Assembly: GCF_024223415.1 (NCBI RefSeq)
Contig: NZ_CP100500.1
Length of the DNA stretch: 64,000 bases
Strand: one strand, 5' to 3'
Source of the DNA: Escherichia coli
GTDB lineage: Bacteria; Pseudomonadota; Gammaproteobacteria; Enterobacterales; Enterobacteriaceae
Under the pieces are notes generated by a model that searched no databases, was not told the origin of the DNA, and saw nothing but the letters and a program-made list of their open reading frames with translations. The translations under genes and the position numbers were made by a program. Shown here piece after piece: positions 34,701-43,824 of the stretch. Numbering within the stretch: position 1 is the stretch's first letter; each line of letters begins with the position of its first letter.

Positions 34701-34851
34701 TCTGACGCTCCATAAAACGCTGCATACGGGCAGAAGACCGTTCTGCATCGCTGGCTGCACCATTCAGAAGGTTTTTGATACGGGGAATTTCATTTTTAAA
34801 TTCTGCCGCATCAATCCCCAAATCAATGACCAGGTTGGCTATCTGGTCCAT
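31786..34851 (-). CDS. H: Tail tape-measure protein H, about 1021 aa
   Basis: Start at MDQIANLVIDLGIDAAEF with GGAGGTG SD; long coiled-coil-rich ORF; conserved C-terminal NNDGTNGQIGPAALK. Confidence 0.9.
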   Translation of the reverse strand: MDQIANLVIDLGIDAAEFKNEIPRIKNLLNGAASDAERSSARMQRFMERQTQAARQTTQAASSAATAASVHAQTVEKNAQAHERMAREVEKTRQRMEALSQKMREEQAQAMALAEAQDKAAAAFYRQIDSVKQASAGLQELQRIQQQIRQARNSGGIGQQDYLALISEVTAKTRVLTQAEAEATRQKVAFIRQLKEQATRQNLSSSELLRARAAQLGVSSAAEVYIRKMERAGKATHSLGLKSAAARQEIGVLIGELARGNLGALRGSGITLANRAGWIDTLMSPKGMMLGGVIGGITAAVYGLGKAWYDGQKEGEEFNRQLSLTGHYAGVTAGQLWTLSRAISGNGITQHAAAGALAQVVGSGAFRGNDIGMVARAAAQMERSVGQSISDTINQFKRLKDDPVNAAKALDNELHFLTATQLEQIRVLGEQGRSSDAARIAMSALAEETGRRTADIDNNLNALGSTLQTLSDWWKQFWDAAMNIGREDSLDAQIATLQEKVSRAKRLPWTASSSQVEYDQQRLNELQEKKRQKDLQDAKEQAERNYQEQQKRRNAENAALNRMNETEAARHQREIARINAMQYADQAVRDAAIQRENERYEKALASGKKKTRETRNDEATRLLLQYSQQQAQVEGQIAAARQSAGIATDRMTEAHKQLLALQQRISDLDGKKLTADEKSVLARKDELIQALTLLDVKQQELQKQTALNDLKKKTIQLTSQLAEEERAQRQQHDLDIATVGMGDQQRQRYQVQLSLRQKYQQQLEQLRRDSEQKGTYNTDDYRKAEQALTESLNRQLNENRRYWQQLEVVQGNWKNGVLRAFQDFTVDADNTAGTAEQVFSSAFSNMGNGLATFVTTGKLNFKSFTSSVLSDMAKILAQATMMKSIKGIGSVLGFDLSSLSLNANGGIYQSADLSRYSGTVVNRPTFFAFAKGAGVMGEAGPEAILPLRRGADGKLGVVADIGGSGMAMFAPQYNIEINNDGTNGQIGPAALKVVYDLGKKAAADFMQQQARDGGRLSGAYR

Positions 34852-35173
34852 AACGCACACCTCCGGAAATACCTTCCCCAAGATGCATCAGTTCTTCGTC
34901 CGTTCGCTCCGGTATCCCGTTCTCTTCCGGTAAAAGGCTGAAATCAGCCACCGCAGCATCACTGCTGCCGGACACCATTCTCACGATCAATGCCTTCAGC
35001 GAGGCAAACTGCGCATCCATCCACACATCACTGAAGCTCTGCATCCGGAAATAATCGCCCCACTCACCAAGCTCAGTGGCCGACATTTCCGACAGCATCC
35101 GCCGCCAGTCTGCCCGCCTGAACTCCCGGGCAAGCCGCATGACAAACTGCATTTCCCGCGTCAGGACTTTTCC
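34823..35173 (-). CDS. T: T segment of the tail assembly chaperone G-T fusion (expressed by -1 frameshift from G)
   Basis: ORF in the -1 frame relative to G, open across the end of G; position identical to lambda G/GT. Confidence 0.65.
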   Translation of the reverse strand, partial: GKVLTREMQFVMRLAREFRRADWRRMLSEMSATELGEWGDYFRMQSFSDVWMDAQFASLKALIVRMVSGSSDAAVADFSLLPEENGIPERTDEELMHLGEGISGGVRYGPDSQPGH

Positions 35174-35589
35174 GGCGTCAGCACCTCATGCTCCAAATCC
35201 CCGACATTCTCAATGGCTCCCATACCGCTCAGCGACAGAACCATCTCCGCCCCCGCTCCCAGGGCATCATACGACCATGTTGTAATAACGGATGCGCAAA
35301 GCGTCTCAACATCCTGAGACTGTTCCGCATTCCACAGTGAGCGGGAAACCAGCCAGGCATTGATATCCATCCCCATCCGTAGAAAAGCAATCTGTCGTTC
35401 AGCCTCCGGCAGTTCTCCCTCTTCGGCATCAAACTTTGCCGTTCGCTGCTGAACAAACGCCAGATATTCAATTCTCTGCAGCCCGGACAGCTCACTGAGC
35501 ACCACGGACTGCTTTTCATAATTAAACGTGCCCTGTTTCAGAAACATCATGTTCTCCACCTGCAAAAAAGCCCCGGATAATCGGGGCAA
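35161..35589 (-). CDS. G: Tail assembly chaperone G, 142 aa
   Basis: Position between V and T/H; size as lambda gpG. Confidence 0.8.
   Translation of the reverse strand: MPRLSGAFLQVENMMFLKQGTFNYEKQSVVLSELSGLQRIEYLAFVQQRTAKFDAEEGELPEAERQIAFLRMGMDINAWLVSRSLWNAEQSQDVETLCASVITTWSYDALGAGAEMVLSLSGMGAIENVGDLEHEVLTPEKS
35167..35173 (-). other. Candidate -1 programmed frameshift site GGAAAAG near the 3' end of G
   Basis: Minus strand reads ccG GAA AAG tcc tga in the G frame; lambda uses G GGA AAG at the equivalent position. Confidence 0.4.
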
Positions 35590-35607
35590 ATGATGAGTAT
35601 CGTCCTG

Positions 35608-36351
35608 TTAACCTGCGGCGCTGACGGCCACCGTAGCCACTGCCACAAAATCGCCGTCAGAAGTCATGCCCACAATGCTGACACTGCCCTGCTTCACGCC
35701 TTTCACCGTGACCACAAGCCCGTTCAGGGTCACCGTGGCAGTCTGTGGATCTGTCGAATGCACACTGATCGCTTTGTCACTGGCTCCGTCAGGTTTTACT
35801 GTAAAGGTCAGCGTGGTGGTTGCTCCCACTTTTACACTGGCAGATGCCGGTGCCACCGTCAGCCCGGTAACGCCCACGATTTCAGTGCCTTCTTCTGCCA
35901 GATACGGACGCCCCACACCGCTGATTTTCACTGTGCGGGTCATCACGTCTTTTGAGGCAATGGTTTTACCCAGTGAACTCAGCCAGCCACGGAAAACATC
36001 AACAGTACCGTTGGGATATTTGATACGAAACGCGCAGACTTCACCGGAGTCGAACAACTGAACCAGTTTTTTCTGCCCGCTGTCACCCGGACGCCAGGCC
36101 AGCGTCGCCGAAGTATCACCGACGGATTTCTGCCCCTGGGTTGTCGTTTTCCAGTCTGCATCTTCATCATCGAGATAAGTGTCATCTTCTGCATCAGCGG
36201 TCATTTCGCCAGGCTGCAGATCCTTCACCATCGCAAGACGCAGCCAGTCAGTGTCCGATAAAGGGTTCGCAAACGCATCGCCCTTGCCGGTGTACATCCA
36301 GAACGTCGTTCCCGCACCTTTCGTTTTTGCCAGTGGATTTGGTGTGGTCAT
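35608..36351 (-). CDS. V: Major tail protein V with C-terminal Ig-like domain, 247 aa
   Basis: Start at MTTPNPLAKTKGAGTT; lambda gpV-like throughout. Confidence 0.9.
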   Translation of the reverse strand: MTTPNPLAKTKGAGTTFWMYTGKGDAFANPLSDTDWLRLAMVKDLQPGEMTADAEDDTYLDDEDADWKTTTQGQKSVGDTSATLAWRPGDSGQKKLVQLFDSGEVCAFRIKYPNGTVDVFRGWLSSLGKTIASKDVMTRTVKISGVGRPYLAEEGTEIVGVTGLTVAPASASVKVGATTTLTFTVKPDGASDKAISVHSTDPQTATVTLNGLVVTVKGVKQGSVSIVGMTSDGDFVAVATVAVSAAG

Positions 36352-36361
36352 TGCCACCTCC

Positions 36362-36763
36362 TTAATTCGTGTACGTGATCTGGTACGTGATTTCCGCCAT
36401 CGCCCAGGTGGCCATCTCATTATCACGTTGATAGTTAAAACCGAGTGGGATCAGGGTGTCGATGAGTCCGGAAAGTGCCGGTACATCATTCAGGGCCGGG
36501 AAAATGGTGCTCTCCATCCACATATCCAGCTCTGAATCCGGTGCCTGTGCCCGGATGAAGACGGCAATATGCAGAACAGCCTGCCAGTCATCTTCATCCG
36601 TCATTTTTCCGGTGTACTGAGCATCACTCAGCCACACCGCCACGGCAGGCAGTTCCTGCGCATCAATAAATGCCGGAAGCCCGTCAAAAAATGTGGCGCT
36701 GTCTCCACACTGTTCCCGAAGGCGTGCCAGTACGGCCTGGCGGATTTGTGTATGTCGGTTCAT
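36362..36763 (-). CDS. U: Tail terminator protein U, about 133 aa
   Basis: Lambda gpU-like (ATFFDG, PAVAV, PDSELD-WMES motifs); start ATG overlaps the Z stop (ATGA). Confidence 0.85.
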   Translation of the reverse strand: MNRHTQIRQAVLARLREQCGDSATFFDGLPAFIDAQELPAVAVWLSDAQYTGKMTDEDDWQAVLHIAVFIRAQAPDSELDMWMESTIFPALNDVPALSGLIDTLIPLGFNYQRDNEMATWAMAEITYQITYTN

Positions 36764-37338
36764 CGGGTCAGCCATAACCTCAGTTGTTGTTTCAGTGCAT
36801 ACCCCAGCTGTTTCGGCATTTCCGCAGCAATGATGCGCTCGCGGGCATCTTCAAATGCCTGTGTCAGCGGTCCGGACAGCGGGATTTTCACCACATCAAT
36901 GGGGTAACGATTTTTGCCATCAATACGCCGCATCACATGCCAGCGACCATTCGCCAGTTGCTGAATAAACGCATCCCGGAAAAGATATTTACCCACCTTC
37001 AGCACGCTGCCACGGTACTGCAGTTTTCCACCACGCCGGGCCAGTCTGACCCGGGCTGTCCCCAGCTTAATGGCGGGCAGATTGCCCCGGTTAACGCGGA
37101 TCCTGGCCGTCATTTTTCCTGACGGACTGGCTTTAAACACCCGGACACGCTGACGTACCAGTTTCAGGGGGATCCCTTTCACCTGGTTATCTCCCGCAAC
37201 GGTATTCCCGGCAACCTGCCGGGTGGCAACCGAGACCGCTTTCTGTGCCACACGGTTTATCGCCCATGCGCTGGCCTGTGGCACCATACGGGTATCAAGG
37301 CTGTTCAGATTGCGGATGGCATTCTCAAGCCCCTTCAT
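36760..37338 (-). CDS. Z: Tail completion protein Z, 192 aa
   Basis: Length and position as lambda gpZ. Confidence 0.85.
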   Translation of the reverse strand: MKGLENAIRNLNSLDTRMVPQASAWAINRVAQKAVSVATRQVAGNTVAGDNQVKGIPLKLVRQRVRVFKASPSGKMTARIRVNRGNLPAIKLGTARVRLARRGGKLQYRGSVLKVGKYLFRDAFIQQLANGRWHVMRRIDGKNRYPIDVVKIPLSGPLTQAFEDARERIIAAEMPKQLGYALKQQLRLWLTR

Positions 37339-37349
37339 CCCACACCTCT

Positions 37350-37625
37350 TTACTCAATAAAGATCATTGGCTTACCGTTAAAGCGTTCATGCCGTGTGAC
37401 CGTCCATTGTTGTCCGTCATAAACAACGCGATCCCCGCGCCGTGGGCGGTATCCCGAAGAAAACACCACCAGAGAGACCGCAGGTCCGGACAGAGCATTC
37501 AGCTCTGCCAGTGTTTCTCCCGGGATCACGGTCATATCGACATCATTAATCGAGGCTGTCTTTCCCATCTTTCTGACCGTGATAGCATCCATACGCGCTG
37601 CCAGCCGGGAAAAGGGATCAGACAT
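37350..37625 (-). CDS. Head-tail attachment protein (gpFII-like), 91 aa
   Basis: C-terminal RRGDRVVYDGQQWTV resembles the lambda FII RRGDTLTIGEENFWV region; position before Z. Confidence 0.65.
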   Translation of the reverse strand: MSDPFSRLAARMDAITVRKMGKTASINDVDMTVIPGETLAELNALSGPAVSLVVFSSGYRPRRGDRVVYDGQQWTVTRHERFNGKPMIFIE

Positions 37626-37941
37626 TGAGTTTTACCGGCACTTCTTCTGCACTGGTTCCGGCATCTGCCCAGACAACCCCGACCAGCGGATCAGAGCCGC
37701 TGTTAGTCAGCTGAACTTTTCCGGACTTCAGATAAACCTTCTTACCCGTTTTCATGTCATCCGTTTTCAGCTTAGGCAGCATAAACACACCTTCGGTCAT
37801 ACCGTCGCCTGTTTCACCCTGTGGAATATCGGTCAGCGCCACCGCAAAAACATCACCCACCTGCACCAGATCTCCGCTGCTGATGGCTGCACTGGCAACA
37901 ATCGCCACCGTTTTTCCTTCTTCTACAAAATTCTTTGCCAT
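37618..37941 (-). CDS. Hypothetical head protein (FI/decoration position), about 107 aa
   Basis: Start at MAKNFVEEGKTVAIV with GGAGA SD; lies between the capsid gene and the FII-like gene. Confidence 0.45.
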   Translation of the reverse strand: MAKNFVEEGKTVAIVASAAISSGDLVQVGDVFAVALTDIPQGETGDGMTEGVFMLPKLKTDDMKTGKKVYLKSGKVQLTNSGSDPLVGVVWADAGTSAEEVPVKLNV

Positions 37942-38027
37942 AACTGTCTCCACACAGCCCCGTTCAGGGGCTGATTTCAGGTACAAAAAAAGCCCTTACG
38001 GGCCATCAGAGTTGTTGTCTGCGATGT

Positions 38028-39986
38028 TTACGCCGTACATTTCACCAGACCGCGGTGATCAACTGGCGCGACACCGGCGTCAATACGCACTTTCGTTGTC
38101 ACGCCATCCACACTGAAGCCCTCCATCTGATCAATATATGGCGTATCCACACCGTTGAGATAAGCCACTTCAATCGTATCGGAGCCTTTTGACGCAGCCA
38201 GGTAGAAGGTGGTCTGGCTGTTATCATCAAGACGAGGCTCTGCAATAACGGTCGCAAAATCTTTCACCGGGTTAATAATACCGGCGTTAATGTCAGCCCC
38301 CTTGACACTTGAGGAGCGAATGACCTGGTTAGCAACAGACTCCATCGCCGTCGGTACCAGTACGAACGCAGGACGAATATTCAGATGACGCTCCCCCTCT
38401 TTCTGAACACGCATCAACTGGCGGGCTTTATCCAGCGATGCCACGTCCATTGCAGCGTCCTCCAGTACGTTTGCATGTTTCGCTTTATCGAACAGACTTA
38501 CATTATCTGTGGAGATTTTCGGGTTAGACGTCAGAATGGCATAAACCAGATCGGCAATAGTGGATTTCGCCGCACGGCCCAGCTTCATCGGGACATCGGT
38601 CAGCATATTCAGATCATCATTGATAATGGCCTGACGGGTGATACTGAACAGCTCGCCATAGGTCGCCAGTGCAATAGTGGCCTGTTTATCTCCGGTGGTG
38701 ACGTATTTATATTCCGCCCCTTCACGCACCTGACGCAGAGCACTGAAGCCCCCTATACCCACGCGATGGGCAATTTTAAAATCAGACAACTGACCTTTCC
38801 GCGTCCACTGTTCATAGGTTTCAGGGGCATCTTCCCAGCCCTGCAGAATGGCTTTGTTCGCAACATCCAGCAGAATATTACCGAAGTCAGACGTACTGTG
38901 TGTGAACGCCGCACCGACCATCTGCATCGGGTTATAACCGGAAACCCCAATACCCCGTTCAGTCAGTGACATACGGGCATATTCACGCAGGGTCATCCCG
39001 TTGTAGACATTATCACGTTCGGTTTTTTCAAATCCGGCACGCGCCATCAGCGCCTGGCGGATCCCGTCCCCCACAAAATTACCGTTACCGGCATAAATAT
39101 GAGCCGGGGTATTTTTATTGGATGGCGTGGACTCGCGCCCCATCTCGTTCAACAGCTTTTCGCGGGCCTGCTCCAGCGAACATTCAGGATCGGCAAGACA
39201 CTGAGCCTGCAGCGTCTGATAACGCCCGCCAAACATGGCAAACAGATCATTAATACCGTTTACACGCGCTTTTTGCTCTGCCAGTACCTGCGCACGGATA
39301 CTGTTTTCATCCACCACGGGTGCTGCTGCCTGCACTGGCGTCCGGGAGGCTGCAGGTTCATTATCCTGTACGCGTGGAGCACTGTTGCGTGGCGGAGTAA
39401 TCATGTTTCGAATGGATTCCGGCATCTTTTTAAATTCCTCTGTACGTTTTGACTGAATACATGCCATTGCCTTAACGGCTGGCGTCACCTGATCAGCAAA
39501 TCCATGTGCCAGACATTCGGCACCGGACATCCAGGTCTCATCCGCCAGCATGGCAGCAATTTCATCGGTGGTTTTCCCGGTTTTCTGTGCATAAGCGGGT
39601 AACAGAACCGCCTCAACCTTATCGAGCAGGTCGGCATAGGTGCGCATGTCCTCCGCATCACCGCCCGTAAAGCCAAATGGTTTATGAATCATCATGAAGG
39701 TGTTTTCCGGCATAATGACCGGTTTTCCCACCATCGCAATGACCGACGCCATTGACGCCGCCACACCGTCGACATAAACGGTAATGGACGCACCATGTGT
39801 TTTCAGCGCATTAAAAATGGCGATGCCTTCAAAGACATCGCCACCCGGTGAATTGATATGGAGATTAATGTGGGTGATATCGCCCAGTGCATTCAGATCA
39901 CTGATAAACTGCTTCGCTGTAACACCCCAGAAACCAATCTCGTCATAAATATAAATATCCGCGTCACTCTGGTGACCAGCCTGCAT
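38028..39986 (-). CDS. Fused prohead protease (ClpP/S49-like) - scaffold - HK97-fold major capsid protein, about 652 aa
   Basis: N-terminal ClpP-like region (IYIYDEIGFWG...INSPGGDVFEG...MMIHKP), central Ala/Gln-rich linker, C-terminal capsid-like region; start chosen at MQAGHQS just inside the portal 3' end. Confidence 0.75.
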   Translation of the reverse strand: MQAGHQSDADIYIYDEIGFWGVTAKQFISDLNALGDITHINLHINSPGGDVFEGIAIFNALKTHGASITVYVDGVAASMASVIAMVGKPVIMPENTFMMIHKPFGFTGGDAEDMRTYADLLDKVEAVLLPAYAQKTGKTTDEIAAMLADETWMSGAECLAHGFADQVTPAVKAMACIQSKRTEEFKKMPESIRNMITPPRNSAPRVQDNEPAASRTPVQAAAPVVDENSIRAQVLAEQKARVNGINDLFAMFGGRYQTLQAQCLADPECSLEQAREKLLNEMGRESTPSNKNTPAHIYAGNGNFVGDGIRQALMARAGFEKTERDNVYNGMTLREYARMSLTERGIGVSGYNPMQMVGAAFTHSTSDFGNILLDVANKAILQGWEDAPETYEQWTRKGQLSDFKIAHRVGIGGFSALRQVREGAEYKYVTTGDKQATIALATYGELFSITRQAIINDDLNMLTDVPMKLGRAAKSTIADLVYAILTSNPKISTDNVSLFDKAKHANVLEDAAMDVASLDKARQLMRVQKEGERHLNIRPAFVLVPTAMESVANQVIRSSSVKGADINAGIINPVKDFATVIAEPRLDDNSQTTFYLAASKGSDTIEVAYLNGVDTPYIDQMEGFSVDGVTTKVRIDAGVAPVDHRGLVKCTA

Positions 39987-39999
39987 CCTGAACCAGGAA

Positions 40000-41508
40000 T
40001 TATTCTTCGGACTGGTCGTCGGTGTGCTGCGGCTCCTGTCGTTTCGTTGCGGCACTGCTGCCTCCTTTATCACTGGCCGGATCGGTATCAAATACCAGAT
40101 CCAGCTTGCGGTTTTCATCAATTTCGGCCTTGCGCCGACGTTTGACATCATCCGGATTACGACCACCTGCACGTACCCAGTCTGATTCTGTCGCCGCTCC
40201 ACCACGAATCTGGATTTTCCAGGCCTCAGCCTCCTTAACAGGGTCAATCCACGGCATCACCGGTCCGGAATACACCGCGGTATACAGTGAAGAACGGTCA
40301 AGATCGCGGGGTAGCCTGATAACACCGGATGCCACAGCCTGTTTCAGCCAGGCACGGTACATCGGGCGGGTGACGGCACCAATAAACCAGTCCTGCAGGA
40401 TCAGGTAGCCATCAGTGGATTCAACCAGCTCCTGACGCTGGGCGCTGTAAGTGCCGTTATAGTTGCGCGCTGTACTGGAAAAACTCAGACGACTGCCAGC
40501 CGCCACTGCACGCAACTGACCATTACGAAAAGTTTCAAGATTAGGATTGGGGCGATCCGACTTCACCATTCCGATTTCTTCGCCGGGTTTCAGATCGTCG
40601 TAAATAATGCCTGGCTGAATGGTAAGCTCGCGTTCCTTATCCTTGCTGCCATTACCATCCGGTTCATAGCTCTGCCCGTCGCCTTTGCGGATGTACATCC
40701 CCAGAGCAGCGGCGATCCTTGCTGCAGTCAGCTCATAATCTTCATAATCTTTCAGGGCACTGAGGCGGATCAGCACACCGGACAACAAAGACGTCCCGCG
40801 CATCTGGTGCAGACGGCGAACAAATTTAAGATGCAGCATTCGCTCTGCATCCACTTCTTTGGTTTCCATCTGCCGTCCGGATACGGGACGGCTTTTATAC
40901 ACCAGATATTTTTCGGGACGCCCCCAGTCATCAACAAACACGCCCTGATTCAGCCTGTTGCTCTCATCACTGGTCATGGGAATAAAGTCCGGCTCGAGCG
41001 CCTCCAGCCAGAAATGAACACCGGCAGAAGGCGTCAGGCTGTTTATGCGCCCGGAAACCATCTGGGCAAACACCTCACCATCGCGCAGCCAGGTACGCAG
41101 CATCAGACGTTCCAGTATCGGACGGGTAAACTGCCCGGTGACTTCCGGGCTGACAGACCATTCACTCCATCGGGTGCGAATCTCCGCTGCCAGATCACGG
41201 GCAATGGCCCCATTGCGTAATACCGGATGTGGCTCGACAATAATCCCGTTTTTCCCCACCACCCGTTCTTCCCGCTTGTCAAATACACCAATAACCAGAT
41301 CGTGGTTGTTATCAAGGTAACGGGCCTGCTCACGTAACGACACGGCCCCGTACTGGCTTAGCTGGTCGGCAGTTCGGTTCTCCCGTCGGGCTTTGTGTGT
41401 CCGCGTCGTTTTTACGGCTTCATAAGCCTGGATCACCGCACGGGAACGCAGCCTTGCCGCTTTCCATCCAGGTGAAAAAACGCCAATCACATCATCAAGA
41501 ATTGCCAT
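40000..41508 (-). CDS. Portal protein (lambda gpB family), about 502 aa
   Basis: Start at MAILDDVIGVFSPGW, coupled to the W-like stop (ATGA overlap); length and position. Confidence 0.9.
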   Translation of the reverse strand: MAILDDVIGVFSPGWKAARLRSRAVIQAYEAVKTTRTHKARRENRTADQLSQYGAVSLREQARYLDNNHDLVIGVFDKREERVVGKNGIIVEPHPVLRNGAIARDLAAEIRTRWSEWSVSPEVTGQFTRPILERLMLRTWLRDGEVFAQMVSGRINSLTPSAGVHFWLEALEPDFIPMTSDESNRLNQGVFVDDWGRPEKYLVYKSRPVSGRQMETKEVDAERMLHLKFVRRLHQMRGTSLLSGVLIRLSALKDYEDYELTAARIAAALGMYIRKGDGQSYEPDGNGSKDKERELTIQPGIIYDDLKPGEEIGMVKSDRPNPNLETFRNGQLRAVAAGSRLSFSSTARNYNGTYSAQRQELVESTDGYLILQDWFIGAVTRPMYRAWLKQAVASGVIRLPRDLDRSSLYTAVYSGPVMPWIDPVKEAEAWKIQIRGGAATESDWVRAGGRNPDDVKRRRKAEIDENRKLDLVFDTDPASDKGGSSAATKRQEPQHTDDQSEE

Positions 41509-41726
41509 CAGAACCTCGCCAGCCGGTACCCGGGATGCCCCCGTCGTCGTGTAATCAGAGCCGCAAGGCGGCGCTCCCACTCCTGCCGTCCCTGCCGGAT
41601 CTCAGATAAGTTTTCCATGGTCATCTGCTGACCATTAAAGGTGACGGATTTTCCGTCCAGCACCGCCATTTCAGCTTCCATATAACGCTGAATCATGGCT
41701 TCGATATCATTCTGGTTCATAACCAT
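41508..41726 (-). CDS. Head-tail joining protein (gpW-like), 72 aa
   Basis: Small ORF between terminase large subunit and portal, as lambda W. Confidence 0.65.
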   Translation of the reverse strand: MVMNQNDIEAMIQRYMEAEMAVLDGKSVTFNGQQMTMENLSEIRQGRQEWERRLAALITRRRGHPGYRLARF

Positions 41727-43816
41727 CCTCCGGAAGTCAGCCAGGGGTTAACATCGTCAGTTACTGTTTTCTTCCGTTTTTGTTTTTTAACAGGCGTGGA
41801 TACCGGTTCCGGTGAGGATGACGGTTCGGTACTGTCCTGGACACACTCCAGCCAGGTTTCCCGGCTCGCCCACTCCGGTGCATCCGGCCAGCGGATCTTT
41901 TCGTATCCATGCAGAATGACCAGAGCCTCGGCATACACCATCAGGTCAAAAGCTTCGTTGGCACCGCGACCCGGCTTACTCCATTTCCCGTCACTGCTCC
42001 GCTCTTCATACGTCAGTTCGTCGTAAAACCAGCTCCCCAGCCAGTCAGGGAAATGCACATAGCCGGGACCTGGCGAGTCACGCCATAACGCGTTATTCAC
42101 CCGGTCTTTCAGTGCATCCGTCTGAAGAAGCCAGAGCGGCACATCACCTGCGGCCTGCGCCCGGCGGCCCGTTCGTCCGGTGTTATCAGGGAATGTACGG
42201 CTGATCAGTTTTGCGCGCCGGATGCTGTCACCCTTAAACAGGTAAATACGTTTACCAAGGCCATCACGACGGCAACGACGCCAGAATTTATAGGCATTAT
42301 CAGTGACCCCGTCTTCACCGCCGGAGTCCACCGCCATTGCCATCAGTCGCATTTGTTGAGAAGGATCGGAGGCCAGCGGCCAGCTTTTATGAAAAACATC
42401 CGTCAGCAGGACATCCCAGTCTTCCGGATAGCTGGCCGGATCAATTCGCTGGCTCTCCCCGTCGCAGTCACTGCGCAATGACTGCGTGATGTTGTAACGA
42501 TCAATAATCCAGCGTTCGCCACGACTGCCATAGCCCGTTACCTGAACCACAAAACGGCGATGACGTCCCGCCTGCACATCCACTGTCGCCACAAGGAAAT
42601 TAACGCCATCCGGCACACTGCGGGAAGGAACTGGCTCTGCCCGCTGCTCAAGCAGTTCACTTTTTCGTTGCTCCATGCTGGCACGAGGAAGATAAGGCAA
42701 TCCCCAGTCGGTGTTGATAACCGCCCTGAGTGTTTCTTCGCTTCCTGTCGCTTCATACTCCTGTTCTGCAGTCAGTAATTTGTAAACCAGTTGCGCCCAG
42801 GTCTGATACGCAGCAGCTGGCCCTTCCATCCAGAAACTGGCGATACGGGAGCGGCGCGGTTCACCGGAAACGTTGCCGTTACGATCAATGACCTGACCTT
42901 CACGCAACCAGACTCCTGCACTATTGAGCTCACGCTTTTTCTCCGCAGTGATAATGCCGCTGCAGTGCGGGCAAAGTAGATACGCCGCCTCACTGGCTTT
43001 AAAGGGATCCGGTTCATTACGGTAGCCGGTCATGGCATCCATGGCTGGCTGAAAATATTCACCGCAGTGCGGACATGACCAGTACCAGCGGCGGCGGTCA
43101 CCACGATTGTAAAGGGAAAGAATACCAGTCGTCGGTGGCGCTTCATGAGGCGACTTACGTCGCCATTTGCTGTCGCAGATGTCACGTCCCGGCGAGCTCT
43201 CCACCAGAGTCATCCCGGCGGACATAAATGTGGTGGTACGTTTTGAGGCCAGGGAGAAACCATCACCCTCGCTGTCGATATTCTCCGGAAAACGGTCGTA
43301 ATCGGTTAAGGCGACAAACCGGTAATCCGACGACGACATAATGTTGACCGAGGGCCAACCAATTTTAAGGAACGAGCCATCCCTGAACGTCTTATCATGG
43401 ACATTATTGTCGTTACGACGTGGACTCATTCTTTTCTTTACCGCCGCACTGCTTCTGAACGTTCTGTCGAGGCGCTTTTTAGAATGCTCGCGGGCCTTAT
43501 CTTCGGTCATCTGCACAACGAGCATGTCCGAAGGATCGCAAACGATGGTATAGACAATCCATCCATCGATCAGACCAATGGTCTTCCCTGTTCGCGCAGG
43601 ACCAACAAAAATCACCGCATCGTATTCACGCGATGCCAGGCAGTTCATGGGCTCAATGATGTAGGGTGTCAGTTCAGGATCCCATGGCACCGAGTTACCA
43701 GCCCCCTTGGGAACACGCATGAATTTTTTAACAGCCTCCGAAATCGGCATGCGACGTGGTGGGGAAAATCCTGCCGATATGTCCCTTCCCAAATTTCGGG
43801 CTGATGAAAAACCCAT
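41717..43816 (-). CDS. Terminase large subunit (lambda gpA family), 699 aa
   Basis: Walker A-like VGPARTGKT; strong AGGAGG SD; followed by W and portal. Confidence 0.9.
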   Translation of the reverse strand: MGFSSARNLGRDISAGFSPPRRMPISEAVKKFMRVPKGAGNSVPWDPELTPYIIEPMNCLASREYDAVIFVGPARTGKTIGLIDGWIVYTIVCDPSDMLVVQMTEDKAREHSKKRLDRTFRSSAAVKKRMSPRRNDNNVHDKTFRDGSFLKIGWPSVNIMSSSDYRFVALTDYDRFPENIDSEGDGFSLASKRTTTFMSAGMTLVESSPGRDICDSKWRRKSPHEAPPTTGILSLYNRGDRRRWYWSCPHCGEYFQPAMDAMTGYRNEPDPFKASEAAYLLCPHCSGIITAEKKRELNSAGVWLREGQVIDRNGNVSGEPRRSRIASFWMEGPAAAYQTWAQLVYKLLTAEQEYEATGSEETLRAVINTDWGLPYLPRASMEQRKSELLEQRAEPVPSRSVPDGVNFLVATVDVQAGRHRRFVVQVTGYGSRGERWIIDRYNITQSLRSDCDGESQRIDPASYPEDWDVLLTDVFHKSWPLASDPSQQMRLMAMAVDSGGEDGVTDNAYKFWRRCRRDGLGKRIYLFKGDSIRRAKLISRTFPDNTGRTGRRAQAAGDVPLWLLQTDALKDRVNNALWRDSPGPGYVHFPDWLGSWFYDELTYEERSSDGKWSKPGRGANEAFDLMVYAEALVILHGYEKIRWPDAPEWASRETWLECVQDSTEPSSSPEPVSTPVKKQKRKKTVTDDVNPWLTSGGWL

Positions 43817-43824
43817 TATTCCTC

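Noticed and set aside
40000-40247. Upstream extension of the protease-capsid ORF (track start at 40247)
   Set aside because: The first 87 codons overlap the portal gene in another frame and have no SD; the internal ATG at 39986 preceding the ClpP-like domain is a more plausible start.
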